64,000 nt of DNA. Source: Lingula anatina. Taxonomy: Eukaryota > Animalia > Brachiopoda. Location: the NCBI GenBank assembly GCA_051362555.1, contig CM120641.1, forward strand, positions 3,348,001 through 3,412,000, written 5' to 3'. The notes below the pieces were generated by a model. It was not told where the DNA came from. It did not search any database and was given only the letters and a program-made list of their open reading frames with translations. Positions 61,201 to 64,000 of the stretch are shown here, piece after piece (within the stretch, counting starts at the first letter, position 1; each line of letters begins with the position of its first letter). The translations under genes were made by a program, and so were the position numbers.

Positions 61201-62842
61201 CTTGATTTAGTTGAGGCAGCATCCCCGTGGGAAGCGGAGGTCAGGGTATTGGTGCTGCTCTCTGGTGGGATGGAGCTGTCTTCAGGCCGAAGCGTCTCCT
61301 CTCCGCTGTTACCATCTCCCTCATCTGGCTCTTGCTCTGGGGGGTGCTGCAGGACTTCCGCCGGTCTGTAATGACAACAGTTCACACAACACAAGTCTCC
61401 AACTGTTCCCAGGAAATAGACTTTAAGATAATGGGATGAAAATAACTACAAACCATTACAGATTAATGGTTTTGTTCAATATACAAATATGTATGATTCT
61501 TTTTAATTGTTTTCCATCTTATCTTACTCTGATTTTTTTGTTTCCTGTTTCTTTGGCAAATGTACAAAGGTAGTGATCCATTTGATGACCACCTCCTGAC
61601 AGAGAGACAGAGCATCAGGGCGTATGGTGGGTGGGCCCCTGGGGTCAGGATTGGGGCGTAACACAGGAAGGTCTGAAAAGTTTGCAGTATCACATCTAAA
61701 TTACAATGTACAAATGATACCTCTTTGTCATACACATCTTACAAACACAACAAATTGACACTTCACTCTTGCAAACTAAAAATTTAATACAATATTTCCT
61801 TGTAGACACAAGGGTTCATACCGGTCCTATAATATACACTTAATATGAAACAAAATACCACTTGAAAAGATTTAAGTAGTCTGAGTATGTCATATACCAC
61901 ATGATGACTTTAAATATTATAAATAATTAAAATTCTGAGACATTATCAGAAGATGCTTATAAATAAATGTACTAACCTAGCAGAGGATCATAGAGACTTG
62001 TGTGCTTGTTAAACTCTGGGAATATGTTGTGAAGGTAATAGGTCTTGAACTGATTAAATATGAAGTCAAAACTACTTTGTTTCTCATCCTTATTAGACCA
62101 CTCAATGTTGTTCACCTGATAACGGAAATCAAAAGATACCTAGATAAATACAAGTTCTGTCATTATGTTGTTACACTGAATAAAGAGGATAAAGAGTGAG
62201 GTCAATGTTATTACGTTTCACTGAGATCACCATAATCACAGGCAAGGTTTAATTCTGTCATGAACTTAACTTTAAAATTGTTATTATTACAAAGTAAGCC
62301 CAAACTTAAATTTTAATACATTGATTTGGTCTCCCTGTCTGTCTTCGCAAACTGTTTTATCTTAACAAAATTCACTCATAGTGTCTACTATAAGTTTTGT
62401 GAAGTATTAAATGTATATTAAAAATGTGAAATTAAAAAACTAAAAACATTCTCAAATGAATCTTGAAACCAAATCTACAATAAAACTGACAAAATAGAAT
62501 TATTCTTTACTTAGTGGTTAAATAACATCAGTCAAACATGACGTTCCAGTCAACCACGTATGGATAAAATCACCATTCACGTGACCAAGGTCCATAGCTG
62601 GTGGGCCGAAAAATCGTGTATGACTGATATTATTTAGTCTCTAAATAAAGAATAATTCTATTTGATCACCCTTATAAGAGACCACAAAAAAAAAAACCCT
62701 CTTTCATAGTGAAATAAAACTGTCACCTCAGACACCATGTACTCCAGTAGAGAGGCAAGAAGAAAACGGGTGACATCCTCGGGCTGTTTCTCCCCAGACT
62801 GAGGTGGGAGAATGGCCGAAATCTCCACTGGGGTGACCGCAG
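31419..62842 (-). CDS. RALGAPA1: Ral GTPase-activating protein subunit alpha (RALGAPA1/2 co-orthologue), 39 exons; 5' exons beyond window end
   Basis: Phase-consistent exons (5' to 3'): 62727-62842, 61977-62115, 61528-61672, 61023-61365, 60509-60628, 60032-60256, 59538-59611, 59262-59373, 58456-58578, 58105-58228, 57672-57827, 57133-57315, 56706-56780, 55988-56197, 55505-55624, 55041-55214, 54525-54697, 54119-54217, 53692-53847, 53351-53482, 52786-52970, 52399-52507, 48114-48293, 47661-47771, 47097-47342, 46627-46773, 46170-46223, 45555-45705, 44834-45009, 44254-44435, 43761-43868, 43358-43429, 43008-43131, 42535-42690, 41965-42123, 41482-41609, 41061-41167, 40405-40542, 31419-31543 (TGA). 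Diagnostic peptides: [41 protein letters not shown]...[52 protein letters not shown]. Linker exons and the last two exons rest mainly on splice signals and phase. Confidence 0.95.
32361..32422. repeat. (TAAA)n microsatellite
   Basis: Directly visible. Confidence 0.9.
33043..33140 (+). mobile_element. Degenerate relic related to the 9286-9924 element
   Basis: GTTAATTACCCCCTAG...TGTCAGACATTTAAGCTGC resembles GTTAATTACCCC...GTGACAGACATCTAAGCTGC at ~9540-9590. Confidence 0.45.
34397..37321. repeat. 40-bp tandem minisatellite, ~73 copies, in the last RALGAPA intron
   Basis: Unit GATCACAGT(G/C)AACTATATGTGGTGGT(C/G)TAGTGGACTGTGT. The only other variation I saw is a 1-nt insertion near 36253. Confidence 0.98.
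37620..37816. repeat. Degenerate short-period repeat (TGTACTGAGCACC / GTACTGAGTATT)
   Basis: Recurrent GTACTGAGCAC-like words at roughly 15-bp spacing. Confidence 0.65.
37928..38241. repeat. ~30-bp degenerate minisatellite, about 10 copies
   Basis: Unit ACAGTACCTCAGGCACCATTCTGGTATACA. It produces the repetitive ORFs VPQAPFWYT and MVPEVLLYT. Confidence 0.9.
41168..41481 (-). other. U12-type (minor spliceosome) GT-AG intron
   Basis: On the - strand the 5' site is GTATCCTTT. Branch point TCCTTAAC (41179-41186) ends 11 nt before the 3' junction. There is no long polypyrimidine tract. Joining the flanking exons gives [12 protein letters not shown] in frame. Confidence 0.93.
41482..43131 (-). other. 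RALGAPA1: Rap/Ral-GAP catalytic domain exons of RALGAPA
   Basis: [83 protein letters not shown] (asparagine thumb) and [13 protein letters not shown]. Confidence 0.95.
45768..45816 (-). repeat. Tandem duplicate of a RALGAPA acceptor site plus the first ~43 nt of the exon
   Basis: Matches 45663-45711 with two substitutions, offset by 105 nt. Confidence 0.9.
47409..47451. repeat. (GAT)n microsatellite
   Basis: Directly visible. A compound (TCA)n(TTA)n tract also lies at ~45497-45545. Confidence 0.9.
48775..48827. repeat. (GA)n microsatellite
   Basis: Directly visible. Confidence 0.9.
55222..55283. repeat. (TAAA)n microsatellite forming the polypyrimidine tract of the acceptor at 55214
   Basis: On the - strand it reads (TTTA)n-TCCTCCAG|exon. 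Confidence 0.9.
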
Positions 62843-64000
62843 CTACAAATATATATAAAGATTACAGCAGAGGAATAACATGTTCTGTTTTTTTTAATTG
62901 GAGGACTTGAGTAGCAATGTTGATCTTAAAAAATGAGAAATCAACAATATAAATCTGTACTATTTATGTTCAAAAAGGTTTTATATTGATCCCAGAATAA
63001 AAATCAAAAGGAATTGTTCTAATTATATGTTAACTGAATATATTCCAAAGTGATTCAATTAAAGTGAAAATGAGACTGATATGTAAATCAGTCATTCTTT
63101 GCTAGTGGTGCACTGCAGGGGGGCCATAACAAGAATGTTATTTAAATTTAGATAGCCAACCAAATTCTCATGACATCGTTGTGTATGTTTCAATAACAAA
63201 TCAAAGAAGCTGCATGAGCAAGGAGGATGTTGTTATAAAAGCAAAAAAATAGAAAAAGCAGAAAATATATCGAAATAACCCTCAAAATGGCGTCCTTTTT
63301 TGTGGAATTTTGACCCTACCTCTATTTAAGAACAGTTTGTTTAGGGTTTGAATGGATTATTGAAGCAAGAAATACATCTACTGCAAGAAGATATAATAAA
63401 CAGAATGTGCAAATTGTTATTTAAATAAAAATTTATTTGAAGTCACTGAAAAATGATCACAAAATTAGCTTAACTTACGATACATGCGGTGTCCCACCCC
63501 GATGAAAATTTCATCTAATCCTATCTTTCCGTATTAAAACTGTTCAATCGTCCAAAGTAGTATGTCGGTTAGTTTGTGTCACGAAGTCCATGATAATATC
63601 AGTTTTCTTAAGAATTTCACATTTATTGCTCAGCAAGGTCGATTTTTCTTCACCGCGTCCCAATATAACGTTCGCAACGCTGAAACTTCAGAGATCGATT
63701 TTTATCAGACGACTTTAAAATGCCGCGTGAAAATTATACATCGATAGCGATCTTCTTCCATACTCACTAACTGATGACGTCTTACACACGAATGGCTTCT
63801 TTTGCACACTAAAAAAACCAGCTCAAACTGGCGGGTGGCCCATTCTGATAACATATCACGCAATGACGCTGTCGAGATAGGATGCAGGGCACAGGTGTAA
63901 TTCCCTCGATTTAACCGTCACAGGATTGTTTATTGGGATCTTCTTTGTATGAAGGTGAGAAATAATGAGTTTCGTTTCATTTTTCTTCAATTGTTTCAAC

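Overview
AT-rich, intron-rich genomic DNA from an invertebrate animal (plausibly a mollusc or other lophotrochozoan; inferred, not proven). It is not prokaryotic. I read three protein-coding genes by hand. (1) The last 14 coding exons of Claspin (+, 658-7384), with two Chk1-binding repeats and a probable GC-AG intron. (2) A complete, intronless INSM/nerfin SNAG zinc-finger gene (+, 23140-24567). It sits in a ~20 kb CpG-retaining domain with clustered proneural E-boxes, Su(H)/CSL sites and two Sox-POU composite motifs, and has miR-124 and miR-92 seed sites in its 3' UTR. (3) 39 coding exons of Ral GTPase-activating protein alpha (-, 31419-62842; 5' end outside the window), including a clear U12-type minor intron. 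The tail-to-tail INSM-RALGAPA arrangement matches the vertebrate INSM1/RALGAPA2 and INSM2/RALGAPA1 pairs. Repeats include a Helitron-like element with 146-bp internal repeats, several MITE-like elements, a ~73-copy 40-bp hairpin minisatellite and microsatellites. I found no convincing novel protein system. The best leads are regulatory and splicing features. All counts and coordinates were obtained by eye.
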